This document shows, piece by piece, positions 12,361-24,480 of a stretch of DNA of 64,000 nucleotides (positions are counted from its first letter, which is position 1; the number at the start of each line of letters is the position of its first letter). Both the position numbers and the translations under genes were made by a program. Below the pieces are notes generated by a model. It was not told the origin of the DNA. It searched no databases and was given only the letters and a program-made list of their open reading frames with translations. This stretch comes from Octopus sinensis (taxonomy: Eukaryota): NCBI RefSeq assembly GCF_006345805.1, contig NC_043011.1, forward strand, positions 54,076,464-54,140,463, in the 5' to 3' direction.

Positions 12361-12786
12361 ACTCTTTTACTCTTTTCAGTCATTTGACTGTGGCCATGCT
12401 GGAGCACCGCCTTTAGTCGAGCAAATCGACCCCAGGACTTATTCTTTGTAAGCCTAGTACTTATTCTATTGGTCTCTTTTGCCGAACCGCTAAGTTACGG
12501 GGGCGTAAACACACCAGCATCGGTTGTCAAGCGATGTTGGGGGGGGGACAAACACAGACACAGAAACATATACACACATATACATACATACATATATACA
12601 TATATACGACGGGCTTCTTTCAGTTTCCGTCTACCAAATCCACTCACAAGGCTTTGATCAGCCCGAGGCTATAGTAGAAGGCTATAGTAGAGGCTAAAGT
12701 AGAAGGCCTAAGGTGCCACGCAGTTGGACTGAACCCGGAACCATGTGGTTGTTAAGCAAGCTACTTACTACACAACCACTCCTCCT
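12361..12786 (-). mobile_element. SINE family A, full length
   Basis: Matches the family consensus; contains an internal slippage triplication of gaggctatagtag. Confidence 0.85.
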
Positions 12787-13324
12787 CCATTCGAACTTTC
12801 AGCAACAATTTAAGAGGATTCTCATGAATTATCTGCTGCACATCCCAAAACCAGTCAGCCAAAACACAGCAGGTTCAAATTGCATGACATATCGCAACCC
12901 ATACATTTGCATCCCAGTTATGGCACAAAAACGTACAAATGTGACGATAAGAGACACCCGAAAAGACGTTAATCCGTGGCTAGAAGACCTTTTTGCATCG
13001 CAGTTTGTATTGCTAGAAGACCTTTTTGTATCGCAAGGCTAATATGAAGAGACATGAGATCGGAGTACGGGAGTCAGAATGGATTTGTAAGTCCTAAGGA
13101 CACCCGAAGGCCACCAAACGATACCGGTACTGTACATAGACGAGTATATCGAGAAGAAAGACATGAGACCGATGGTGCAAGGAAAAAAGCTATCTAGTTA
13201 CTACATTTGTCGTAGCAAGAACCATCTCTTACCCTAGAGTACTAGAAAGGCTAGGCAACACGCCCTCCAAAAATCCCCAAAGCGAGACAAAGCAAAGACA
13301 AAAAAAAGAAGAAAATGTAAGTAA

Positions 13325-13713
13325 TGGCAGGAGTGGCTGTGTGGTAAGTAGCTTGCTTACCAACCACACAGTTCTGGGTTCAGTCCCACTGCGTGGCACC
13401 TTGGGCAACTGTCTTCTATTATAGCCTCGGGCCGACCAAAGTCTTGCGAGTGGATTTGGTAGACGGAAACTGAAAGAAGCCCGTCGTATATATATATGTG
13501 TGTGTTTGTGTGTCTGTGTTTGTCTCCCCACATCGCTTGACAACCGATGCTGGTGTGTTTACGTCCCCGTTACTTAGCGGTTCGGCAAAAGAGAACGATA
13601 GGATAAATACTAGGCTTACAAAGAATAAGTCCTGGGGTCGATTTGTCGACTAAAAGGCGGTGCTCCAGCATGGCCGCAGTCAAATAACTGAAACAAGTAA
13701 AAGAGAAAGAGAA
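13325..13713 (+). mobile_element. SINE family A, full length
   Basis: ggcaggagtggctgtgtggtaag...gggttcagtccc...gaaacaagtaaaagag. Confidence 0.85.
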
Positions 13714-13984
13714 ATGGAGCTTAGTCGATTGAGGAGCAAGAGAAATTAACTTCAGTTTCCAGAACACCATCAGTTAAAACTCCGGGTATGATGGGAGAAG
13801 TCGCTTTATGGTCCTGTCCCTGAAACAGCACACTAAAGAAAACTATTGTTTACAACTGCATAAGCTGCAGGGAGCAGACTGCTGCAGAATTCGTAAATAA
13901 AAAAAACAAAACAATATTCGTAAAGATTTAGTTTGTTGTCAGATATATTATTGAGGGGGAAACTATGAGGGGCGGTTGCAAAGC

Positions 13985-14117
13985 CTTTCATCCTTTCGGG
14001 GTCGATAAATTAAGTACCAGTTACGCACTGGGGTTAATTTTTATCGACTTAATACCTATGTCTGTCCTTGTTTGTCCCCTCTGTGTTTAGCCCCTTGTGT
14101 GTAATAAAGAAATAGGT
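13985..14117 (+). mobile_element. SINE family B2, 3' half
   Basis: gcctttcatcctttcggggtcg...ttagccccttgtgtgtaataaagaaatagg. Confidence 0.8.
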
Positions 14118-14904
14118 AATGGCGAGCAGGAGGGAATTATAAACGACGGCTACATGCACATGCTAGGGATTGCGTAATGATTCTACTATTTATGAAGCAT
14201 TCAAGAACCAAATTAGAATCTCCAACGTGCTGCTTGAAAAGACCAGTTCAAAATGATAGTAATGGAGGAGGAACACGGAGAGATTGTAAGCTTAAAGCAT
14301 TTCCTCCCAGAAAAACAGAATAGTGACGTCATTGGTGTTCTCGGTGTTGGTTGTACCGTAGGATCTACCAAGAATATTCAATCATTTTTACTTTGAAGAA
14401 TGTGAGCAGATGCGGCTGGTCGAGGTCAGGTTACCCAAATGTTGTGTCTGTGGTAAAACTGACCATCTCAGAGAGTTCTATTCTAAGGTGGAGAAAACGA
14501 GAGTTGGGCGTCATATTTCACCGTTACAATCGCAAAAATAGCAGTGACAGTAGCAGCAGTTACAGAAACAGTAACTTCAGATGTCACTCTTACGCATGTG
14601 TGAGCATGCGTATGGGAATCCCGGCACAGATATAACACAAGTCAATGGATACTACAGCAGAAAATTTAACAATGGGAGATAATAACACGGTGTAACACAA
14701 TTTTCATCTCTTTTTTGTCTTTGGTCAGTAAGTGTTTTTTTCCTAGTTGCTTCTATCTAGAAATCAAAGGAAATTACTGCCATTCCCTTCAAACTTTGCT
14801 TTTGCGACCTGGACATTAATATTTCACAACTGACCTATTTTCTATCACATTTCAGACAGATTCAGCGCTAATTTGCCGAAGTAGAAATATGGTTATAGCA
14901 AATA

Positions 14905-15062
14905 TTCTAATCAATACCACAGATTTGTTTGTCATTTGCTTGATCTTAACTACTTGAGCATGTCCCTTAGTGGCTGACAATATGTGCATCTCTGACCACA
15001 AGCAGGAGTAGTGGGGGAGCATCATAACTATGTGTTGAGAGGGATTCTTTGGGGTTTGAATA
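14905..15062 (+). mobile_element. Partial copy of unclassified element F
   Basis: Homologous to about 34905-35060 (caataccacagattt...gtagtgggggagcatcata...gtttgaataa). Confidence 0.7.
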
Positions 15063-15299
15063 AATGTAAGAAATGCAAAGTTTGAAGGAAATATTAGCCA
15101 TTTTTCATACTTTTTAAGGGTAAACAAACAGGAAATAACAGTTGCTACCCAAGGACAAAAATCGTGTTATACAATGAAATTAAAGATAACACATAACAAT
15201 AACGACAACACCAACACCAACAGCAATAGCCAAACCTCATAATAAATATAACATACATATTTTTTTCTAATTTTGGTACTTAGGCTAACGATCTTTTTG

Positions 15300-15465
15300 A
15301 GTAGTGAGTGAGTTGATACCATCGACCGTAGTGTTCGACTGGCACTTATTTTCTCGACCCCGAAAGGATGAAGGGCGAAGTCGACGTTGGCGGCACTTCA
15401 ACCCTGAACGTAAAGAACCGGAAGAAATGCAACTAAGCATTTTTGTCTGACGTGGTAACGATAAG
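15300..15465 (-). mobile_element. SINE family B, diverged
   Basis: ttattttctcgaccccgaaaggatgaagggcgaagtcgac. Confidence 0.7.
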
Positions 15466-15474
15466 ACCAACACA

Positions 15475-15848
15475 AACAAAAGCACTCAGAGAGTGCAAAC
15501 CTTCGCCAAGGCAACACCAACGTCCTCTCAACGATTAGCCGGAGAGGATTTTTAGAATGAGAATATCTGAAATAAACTCGACTGCTCTCACAAATGAGAA
15601 AACTAAAAATGAATCCGACCGCTCTTAAAATTTAAGTAAAAAAAAAAAACGGAAAAATAATCCAGAATCCTTGTCCGGTACCAGATCGATCCCAAAATCT
15701 AATCAGTTCGTACCAGTTGCGAGGCCAAACATCCCTGAAAGTTTCATCCGCATCCATCCAGCGGTTCTTGAGATATCTTGTCCAAGGTCAAACAAACAAA
15801 CAAACGCGACTGAAAACAATACCCCCGCCTTCGTTAAGGCAGAGGTAA
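15475..15848 (+). mobile_element. Helentron-associated non-autonomous element (HINE/DINE-like)
   Basis: 5' hairpin gcactc-aga-gagtgc, subterminal repeat accttcgccaagg (15499-15511), (aaac)n, 3' hairpin gcctt-cgtt-aaggc and aggcagaggtaa; A-runs at both flanks. Confidence 0.65.
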
Positions 15849-16139
15849 AAAAAAGATACCACTGCAATTGTTAGGAATAGCAAGCCAATTTTTGTTTCAT
15901 ATTACAACCTATTTCATCTTAAATAAAGAGGAAAGGGATGTTCAGTCAAGGAAGGTAAGATAAGCAGCACCTACCCAAACTAGAACTATAATTAGGAAAT
16001 ATTAAAAGGAATTGATTCACAATTCATATAGAATTCTAAGTGCACGTTATTCAGAGCGTAATAATTTTCCCAATATTTTGATGCTACACAACTAGCACAA
16101 TATCGTTGCACTTTTAAACCTCAACACCAGTGTGCACGT

Positions 16140-16189
<50 letters not shown>

Positions 16190-16336
16190 TAACGCGTCAT
16201 ATTGTTAAATCACGTGCTGCAAGTAAAGCTTCAAAATACATTAAATACTTTGTAATAAGGGGCTTTTGTTGACAGTATACTTTACAAATGTTGTCCACGT
16301 ACTCCGAGTATTAACACGTTATGTACCTAACCTGGA

Positions 16337-16611
16337 TCTCTTATTATAAAAGGCAGATTTTATCTGCCTCCCTTTGGGAGTTATACAAATCTACAATATA
16401 GGATTTCTTCAATTACAATTTACCTAGCATTTTTAAGAGTACAATGCATCGCGTCATGCCAGGTCCAGTTTTTTAAAATTTTAAACTCCAATTAAGCAAA
16501 ATTTACAGAAAACTCACATTCTGGTGTGTGTGTCAAATGCTTTTCTTAGTCTGGTTTTACACCACACGCAAACGCAACACACACAGTGGGCAACGAATAA
16601 AGTGAAACTAG
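16337..16611 (+). mobile_element. Possible second non-autonomous Helitron
   Basis: A|TCTCTTATTATAAAAG start and CTAG end, but followed by A rather than T and with no clear 3' hairpin. Confidence 0.3.
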
Positions 16612-17206
16612 ATGTAATATGTTTCTCTCTATCACGCTGATAGATACATGAGTAAAATGTATGGGAAGCTAACACATAAGTGTGAGTGAAAATGTTCTTG
16701 GAAGAGAGTAAATAGCCAGAGATAGTGATTTGAGGAAGACTTTACAATTAAATAACCGTAGTGGCTTGTGTTAGTAATAAAGTAAACATACACTCATACA
16801 TACATACTACATACATACATACTACATACATCACACACACACACACATACATACATACACACACATACATACATACACACATACATACATACATACATAC
16901 ATATACATACATACATATACATCATACATACACACCCCACACACATACACACACACAGTATTGAAGCTTGAGAACAATCAGATACATTTGCAACACATCT
17001 GTTGAAATATTATTGTTCACACACATACATATACATATATACATACAGACAGACAGACAGATAGACACACACACACACACACACATGATCCAGCATGGCC
17101 ACAACCTCAGGCTGAAACATATAAAAGAATAACAGAATATAAATGTGTGCATGTGTTGTGAGAGAGAGAGTGTGTGTGTATATGTATTATGTATGTATGT
17201 ATTATA

Positions 17207-17632
17207 TATAATAATGCGGTTTTTCAACAGCTTGAACTAAAAGTCAGAGGGGAATGGGATAACTACTTATATTAACTTGCTATAAAAGCAGGTAGTAATT
17301 TTATCGTGTCCTTATTCATAGTGCAAGTTTTGAAGAGTGCATTTCGATTTTAACAGCTATTTTTTTCAAAGCTTATTGGAACAGCCTAGAAGACGAGCCT
17401 CATCCTGAAAGATCTGTAGAACTCGACAAGGACATCCTGAAAACCCTGGTGGAACAAAATCTCATCGTAACTGTTGAGGAACTAGCAGAGAAGCTTGGAT
17501 TTGGTCATTCAACCATTCATTGAGACCTGTGTGCTATCGGAAAAGTCAGCAAATTGGGTCAATGGGTTCCTCACGAACTTTCCGAGTCTAATTGCATGCA
17601 GAGAGTGAATGTATGCTTTTCTTTACTGTCAC
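17207..17632 (+). mobile_element. Mariner 5' fragment (same family as 60985-61985)
   Basis: TIR remnant aatgcggtttttc; encodes LEDEPHPERSVELD...GKVSKLGQWVPHEL. Confidence 0.8.
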
Positions 17633-17660
17633 ATATCTCACCACTACTGCGCTATGTATA

Positions 17661-18299
17661 TCTATATATATAAAACTGTAGTTGTGTGAGTGTCTGTCCC
17701 CTTCGATTCAGATTCCTAACTACTCCCACATTTTGCGGTGTCAGTTTAACCAAATTCGGGTAGCTTATAGTCGTGATTCATATCGAGCCCGTCTGAGTAT
17801 TAGCGCGCGTCTACGATGAGTCTACGATTTTAAAAATAATTTAACATAATTTTTTTATTCCATTTTTAATGCATAATTTTTCGTGTGTCGATGGCGGCGG
17901 AGTTGGCGTCACGCTCACACCTGCACCTGTGGGGAAGGGAGTGTAAGAAATCAACGTCGTATGCGTTGTCAAGGAGACCAGCGTTCTTTTAGAACAACGA
18001 CTTCATGGCTTGAAGACCCAAAACAGAAATGGCTAAGAAAGCGTCTACATGAGTCTACGATTTAAAAAAAATTTACCATCGTTTCTTTTCCATTTTAATG
18101 ATGCATTTTTTCGCTATTATATAAGGGAAGTAACTCTCTAAAAATGTCTACGATGAGTCAAACGATTTTTCAAAAAATTTACCATCATATTTTTTCCATT
18201 TTTAATGCATTTTTTGCTATTTTTTGGCTATAACTCTCTAAAAATGCTTATATAGTTATTTCCCTTACAAACCCTAGCAACGCCGGGCGATACTGCTAG
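17661..18299 (+). mobile_element. Non-autonomous Helitron
   Basis: A|TCTATATATATAAAA at the 5' end; GC-rich subterminal hairpin-like ccctagcaacgccggg and CTAG|T at the 3' end; no TSD. Confidence 0.85.
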
Positions 18300-18582
18300 T
18301 AATATATAAAACTATATCTAAATAAGTGACATGTTGATTATGATTAAAATGCCTTTGATTAGGGCACTGATTAGCCGAAATATTAGAAAATCAAGAACAA
18401 GATCGTTGCACCATTCAACTTCAACACAAGCGCACACACATTAATGTGTGAGGATGATAAATCACGTTCTGATTCAAGAAGCTTCACAATATATTGTGAT
18501 AAGGAGCTTGTCATAAGGAGCTTTACCTACTCCGAGTATCTGATTTGGATAATGTACCCAGTCTTAGTTAAACTTAATAAAC

Positions 18583-18650
18583 TTAGTTGAACTTAATAAA
18601 CTTAGTTAAACTTAATAAACTTAGTTAAACTTAATAACTTAGTTAAACTT
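18583..18650. repeat. 19-bp minisatellite, about 4 copies
   Basis: cttagttaaacttaataaa repeated. Confidence 0.85.
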
Positions 18651-19697
18651 TATATCTCAATAAAAAACATTTTGATTATAGTTGGAAAGCCTTTGATTAG
18701 GGCACTGATTAAGCGAATTATTTGAACATATATAACTTTCAGAATTTAGTTATGAATGACCTTTCACTTTTAAATGATTTTTGAGTTTAAATTCTGCCAA
18801 GGTCAACTTTGCCCTTTATCATGCTGTGTTCCATAAAATAAAGTACCAGTCAAGTACTGGAGGCAATTTACTCAACTATCCCCCATTCATAAACTCCTGG
18901 CATTTTACATTCTGAATTCGAATCTTACTGGGGTCAACTTTACCTTTCATCTTTCTGAGGTCGATAAAAGAAAGTCCCGTCAAGTAACTGGTGTCGACTG
19001 ACTAGTTCTACAAGGCATTCTAGTTGTGAATGGAATTTTAATCAAAAGCGAAGACCACTCCGTCTATAATAACACCACAACCCTATTAACATGACAACAA
19101 CAGTTCGCACACAATACACAGATAACACACACACACTACATGTAATACAACACTGCACAACTACATAACAGAAAAAAAAACGTGGTTCGGGGAAAACAGA
19201 GAAAGAAAGAAACATCACATTCACACACCACACCACAACCACACCACAAGCAAATCCGGTAGCATCAATGATAAACAAAAAGAAAAAAAACAATATGATA
19301 CAGTTATATATATATATTATAAAGAATAAAAGAATATAAACTGAAACCAAATAACAACAACAGCAACAACAACAAGGAGGCCAAATGACTAGAGCAGTAC
19401 CAGACATTGTTATAAAACAATTCACAAAAACATAAAAAACTCAAAGAAAACGTGAATGCGGTTTTTAGAAGAAATAAAAGTTCAGAATTCCGTACAAGGG
19501 CAATGAATATATAATATGTATTAGCTAATGTCAGTAAAAGACCCCCATAGTTGCCTAGCTATGTCAGCAGCAGCAGCAGAAGCAGCGATAACAGACCCTT
19601 TCACCCCCAAATACAAAAATACAATGGGACGCGTCCACCTTATATTTCTAAAGAACGTCCACACAGATTTTGACTGGTTTTAATATATTCTGTTATT

Positions 19698-19817
19698 GAG
19701 GTCGACTTTGCCTTTTAGCTTTTCGAGGTCGATAAATTAAGTACCAGTTGCGTACTGGGGTCGATCTAATCGACTGGCCCACCTCTCCCCCAAAATTTCA
19801 GGCCTAGAGTAGCAAAG
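19698..19817 (+). mobile_element. 5'-truncated SINE B1
   Basis: gaggtcgactttgcc...cccccaaaatttcaggcc tail; preceded by aatatattctgttatt. Confidence 0.75.
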
Positions 19818-19829
19818 AATATATTCTGT

Positions 19830-20800
19830 CAAGGCGGCGAGCTGGCAGAATCGTTAGGCTGCCGGGCGAAATGCTAAGCGATATTTCGTCTGCCGCTACG
19901 TTCTGAGTTCAAATTCTGCCGAGGTCGACTTTGCCTTTCATCCTTTCGGGGTCGATAAATTAAGTACCAGTTACGCACTGGGGTCGATATAATCGACTTA
20001 ATCCCTTTGTCTGTCCTTGTTTGTCCTCTCTCTGTTCAGCCACTAGTGGGTAGTAAAGAAATAGGTATTTCGTCTGCCGCTAGGTTCTGAGTTCAAATTC
20101 TGCCGAGGTCGACTTTGCCTTTCATCCTTTCAGGGTTGATTAAGTAAGTACCAGTTACGCACTGGGGTCGATATAATCGACTTAATCCGTTTGTCTGTCC
20201 TTGTTTGTCCTCTCTGTGTCCAGCCTTGTTGTGGGTAGTAAAGAAATAGGTATATCGTCTGCCGCTACGTTCTGAGTTCAAATTCTGCCGAGGTCGACTT
20301 TGCCTTTCATCCTTTCAGGGTTGATAAAGTAAGTACCAGTTACGCACTGGGGTCGATATGATCGACTTAATCCATTTGTCTGTCCTTGTTTGTCCCCTCT
20401 GTGTTCAGCCACTTGTGGGTAGTAAAGAAATAGGTATTTCGTCTGCCGCTAGGTTCTGAGTTCAAATTCCGCCGAGGTCGACTTTGCCTTTCATCCTTTC
20501 GGGGTCTATTAGATAATTACCAGTTACGCACTGGGGTCGATATAATCAACTTAATCCGTTTGTCTGTCCTTGTTTGTCCTCTCTGTGTCCAGCCTTGTTG
20601 TGGGTAGTAAAGAAATAGGTATTTCGTCTGCCGCTAGGTTCTGAGTTCAAATTCCGCCGAGGTCGACTTTGCCTTTCATCCTTTCAGGGTTGATTAAGTA
20701 AGTACCAGTTACGCACTGGGGTCGATATGATCGACTTAACCCGTTTGTCTGTCCTTGTTTGTCCCCTCTGTGTATAGCCCCTTGTGGGAAGTAAAGAAAT
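19830..20800 (+). mobile_element. Concatemeric SINE B2: one head plus 5 tandem 184-185-bp bodies
   Basis: Units start at 19882, 20066, 20251, 20435 and 20620; 15-bp TSD aagaatatattctgt at 19815-19829 and 20801-20815. Confidence 0.9.
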
Positions 20801-21279
20801 AAGAATATATTCTGTTATTTCTTTTTTTTTTCATTTTTCCTCACCTTTATTTCATTAAATTTTCCCGCTTTTTGTTGCTTTGCTTCTTTTTTTTCTTTTC
20901 CTATCATTTTTTTTTGTATTTAGTTTTACGTTGTTTTAAGTCTTCTTTTTTTAAATTTCTTATACTTTTTAAACTTAATTTTATTTGTATAAGTATTTTT
21001 GTAGCACATTTTTTGTTAGCTTCAACTTGTAGGTTTTTATTTAAACGGGACAAAAAGACATAACAAAAAATAAACAAAAAAACAAAAAAAAAAACAAGCA
21101 AACAATTAAAAAAATGTAAATCGTTGCAGGGGTAGAAAAGGTATCTGTCCCCTTCTAAAAATTATTTATTTATTTATTTATTTAGTTACTTATTCATTCA
21201 TTCTTTAGTGGACAGAATACATAAACGAATGAATGGAAAAAAAAACTTCCTTGGCAAAAAGAAAAACTATATATGTGCA

Positions 21280-21300
21280 AGTATTTACACACACACACAA

Positions 21301-21331
<31 letters not shown>

Positions 21332-21376
21332 TACACACACACACACACAAGCACACACACACACATACACACAAAG

Positions 21377-21425
<49 letters not shown>

Positions 21426-22790
21426 CACATACATATACAGCAACAGATGCGCAGGCATACACATACCTATACATAAATAAAAATGCATACATAAACACAT
21501 ACACACCTACACATATACACCTATATATACAAATACACACATATAAAGAGATACACAACTATATATATATATATATATATACACGCACACAAACACACAC
21601 ACAAATATATATATATAAATACATATGTATATATATACATATATACATATATATGTATATATATATATACACACACATATGCATACGTATAAACACAGGC
21701 ATACAAATACAGATACACATATACAGACAAATAAACATACAGACTCATATATAAAGACAAACACACACACACAAAGACACGCGCGCGAACACACACGCAC
21801 GTGTACACATAGGCACACATACACACACATAGAGACACGCACACATACATATACTCACACACAAAAGGACATCCTTTGAAAAACGTTTCTCCAGGTATAC
21901 GGAATGAAGCTTAATGAGAAAGAGTTTTTGAATGAATGATAATAGGAAACCGGTAGAGAGAAGGAGGACGAGTAAAAGAAAGAAGATGAAGAAGGAAAGA
22001 GGAGGAGGAGGAGGAGGAGGAAGAGGTGGAGGTAGTGGAAGAGGAGGAAGATAGGGGGGTGGTTGTGGAGAAGAAGAAGGTGGAGAAGATAATGCCGAAG
22101 GGATAGTAGTAGCGAGAGAAAGAAAGAAAGAAAGAAGAAGAAGGAGAAGTAGAAAAAGAAGAAGAAAAAGAAGAACAGGAAGAAAAAGAAGAAAAAGGAG
22201 AAGAAAAGAAGAAGAGAAAGAAGAAGAGAAAGAAGAAGGTGGAGGAGAAAAAGAAAATGATGATGATGAAGAAAATGAAGAAGATGAAAAAGATGGAGAA
22301 GATGAAAAAGATAACAAAGAAGATGAAGGAGGAGGAGGAGGGGATGACGATACAGAAGAGGATTAGTAAATGAAAGAAGAAAATGACAAGGAAGAAACAA
22401 GTAAAGAAAGAGTGGGAAGAAGGGGAAGTGTGGGGAAAAGAGGGAAGATGAAGAAGATGAAAAAGATGGAGAAGATGAAAAAGATAACAAAGAAGATGAA
22501 GGAGGAGGAGGAGGGGATGACGATACAGAAGAGGATTAGTAAATGAAAGAAGAAAATGACAAGGAAGAAACAAGTAAAGAAAGAGTGGGAAGAAGGGGAA
22601 GTGTGGGGAAAAGAGGGAAGATGAAGAAGAAGAAGAAGAAGAAGAAGAAGAAGAAGAGAAGAAAGAAAAAGACGAATAGAAGAAGAAAGAAAGAAGAAGA
22701 AGAAGAAGAATAGAATTAGAAGTAGTAAGAAAAAAAAAAAGCGACTGAAACGAAAAAAAGAAAAAGAAAAACGAAAAGATCCCTTCCTGC
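21280..22790. repeat. (CA/TA)n field followed by a GAA/GGA purine tract
   Basis: Directly visible; includes a perfect 173-bp tandem duplication at 22275-22620. Confidence 0.9.
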
Positions 22791-23201
22791 CCAAGAAAAT
22801 TCGAAAAACCCCTTATAAAACAAGCGTTAGTGATGGGACGATTGCGTTAGTGGTGGTGCTAGTGGCGGTGGTTGTGGTGGTGACCGAACAAGATTTGGAG
22901 CGAAGTGCTACGGGTTACGTTTGTCAGTCTGTGCATTATTATGATGATTATTATTATTAGTAGTATTAGTATTATTATTATTAGTTATTATATAGTGTTG
23001 GAACAAGGTGAAAATAATAAAACAAAACAAAACAAAAGACTTGGCTTGATTCTAGGACATTCTGTCAGGAATTGCACTCAATAGACCCGCAGCATTTTGT
23101 TTCTTCTTTGTTCACATTTTTTCCACTGACTCCCTACGCCTCATACACAATGTCGAAGGTAACATTGCTATGGCTTCTGTGGTTGGTGGCTGCTGTTGTT
23201 A

Positions 23202-23233
<32 letters not shown>

Positions 23234-23419
23234 GTTTTCTTTCCTTTTTCTTTCTGTCTTTTTTATTCCTCCCACTTAAGTTTACTTTAACGTGGTTTTT
23301 TTTTTAAAACATTTTTCTTAACTATCATTTCTCACAAAGATTTTTTTTTTATCAATCAATCAATCAATCAATCAGTCTGTCTGCCTGGCTGCCTGCCTGC
23401 CTACCTGGCTGTCCGCCTG

Positions 23420-23476
23420 GATGCCTCTGTCTATGTCTCTCACTATCTATTTATCTCCAAGAATTCAATCGATCTG

Positions 23477-23539
<63 letters not shown>

Positions 23540-23545
23540 GTCTAC

Positions 23546-23620
<75 letters not shown>

Positions 23621-23700
23621 CCTACCTATCTATCTATCTGTCTGTTTGTCTGTCAGTCCGTTTGTTTGTCTGTCTGTCTGTCTATCTATCTATCTAAAAT
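23420..23700. repeat. (TCTA)n
   Basis: Directly visible. Confidence 0.9.
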
Positions 23701-24254
23701 ATCATCTGCCGAACTCATTCATGAAACTATAAACACACATGTACACATTCTCTCTCTCTCTCTCTCTCTCCCTCCCTCACACACACACATACACACACAC
23801 GCATGTAGACTTACATCACAAGCCGGTTCTGTTCTGGAAAACTAAAGTCGTTCTGCACCAGAGGTTCATAAATTTTCAGCACATCCTGATAAAGAAGCAG
23901 TCAACTATGGCGGTGGTGTTAGACGGTTTAATTACCAAACAAGAAAACCACAAAAAAACCCCCCACATTTTAAATTTTTATAAAAAAATATGCCGCTTTC
24001 TTTCTTTCTTTCTTTCTTGTTTTCTTTTCCCGTTATTTTTATTTGTTTCAGTCATAAGACTGCGACCATGCTGGGGCACTACATTGAAGGCCTTTCGTCA
24101 AATAAATTAATTATTTTAAAGCTTATTCTGTCAGACATGCATGATGTATGTATGTATGTATGTATGTATGTATGTATGTATGTATGTATGTATGTATGTA
24201 TGTATGTATGTATGCATGTATGTATATATGCTTGTATATATGAATGTATTTGTG

Positions 24255-24480
24255 TGTATCTTTATGTCTGTTTGTCCCCACCACCATCGCTAGCCAACCG
24301 ATGGTGGTGTGTTTACGTCCCCATACATTAGCGGTTCGGCAAAAGTAACCAATAGAATGAGTACCAGGCGTTACAAAGAATAAATCCTGGAGTCGATTCC
24401 TTGGACTAAAAAAAAACTTTAAGGCAGTGCTCCAGCATGGCCGCAGTCAAATGGTTGAAACAAGTAAAAGATTAAAAGAA
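24255..24480 (+). mobile_element. SINE family A, 3' half
   Basis: Follows (TATG)n; tgtttgtcccc...gaaacaagtaaaag. Confidence 0.75.

Noticed and set aside
19042-19425. Hydrophobic minus-strand ORF as the eva-1 signal-peptide exon
   Set aside because: Hydrophobicity comes from (TTG)n and T-runs; no suitable phase-1 donor found.
19882-20800. CRISPR-like or retrozyme reading of the B2 arrays
   Set aside because: No unique spacers and no cas genes in this eukaryotic DNA; no CUGANGA/GAAA hammerhead core on either strand of the unit.
21745-22794. ORFs of 143-220 aa, Phe/Ser/Leu-rich
   Set aside because: Reverse complement of a GAA/GGA tract that lacks stop codons by composition.
23069-23158. 90-nt open plus-strand exon candidate
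   Set aside because: Weak pyrimidine tract and no recognisable homology.
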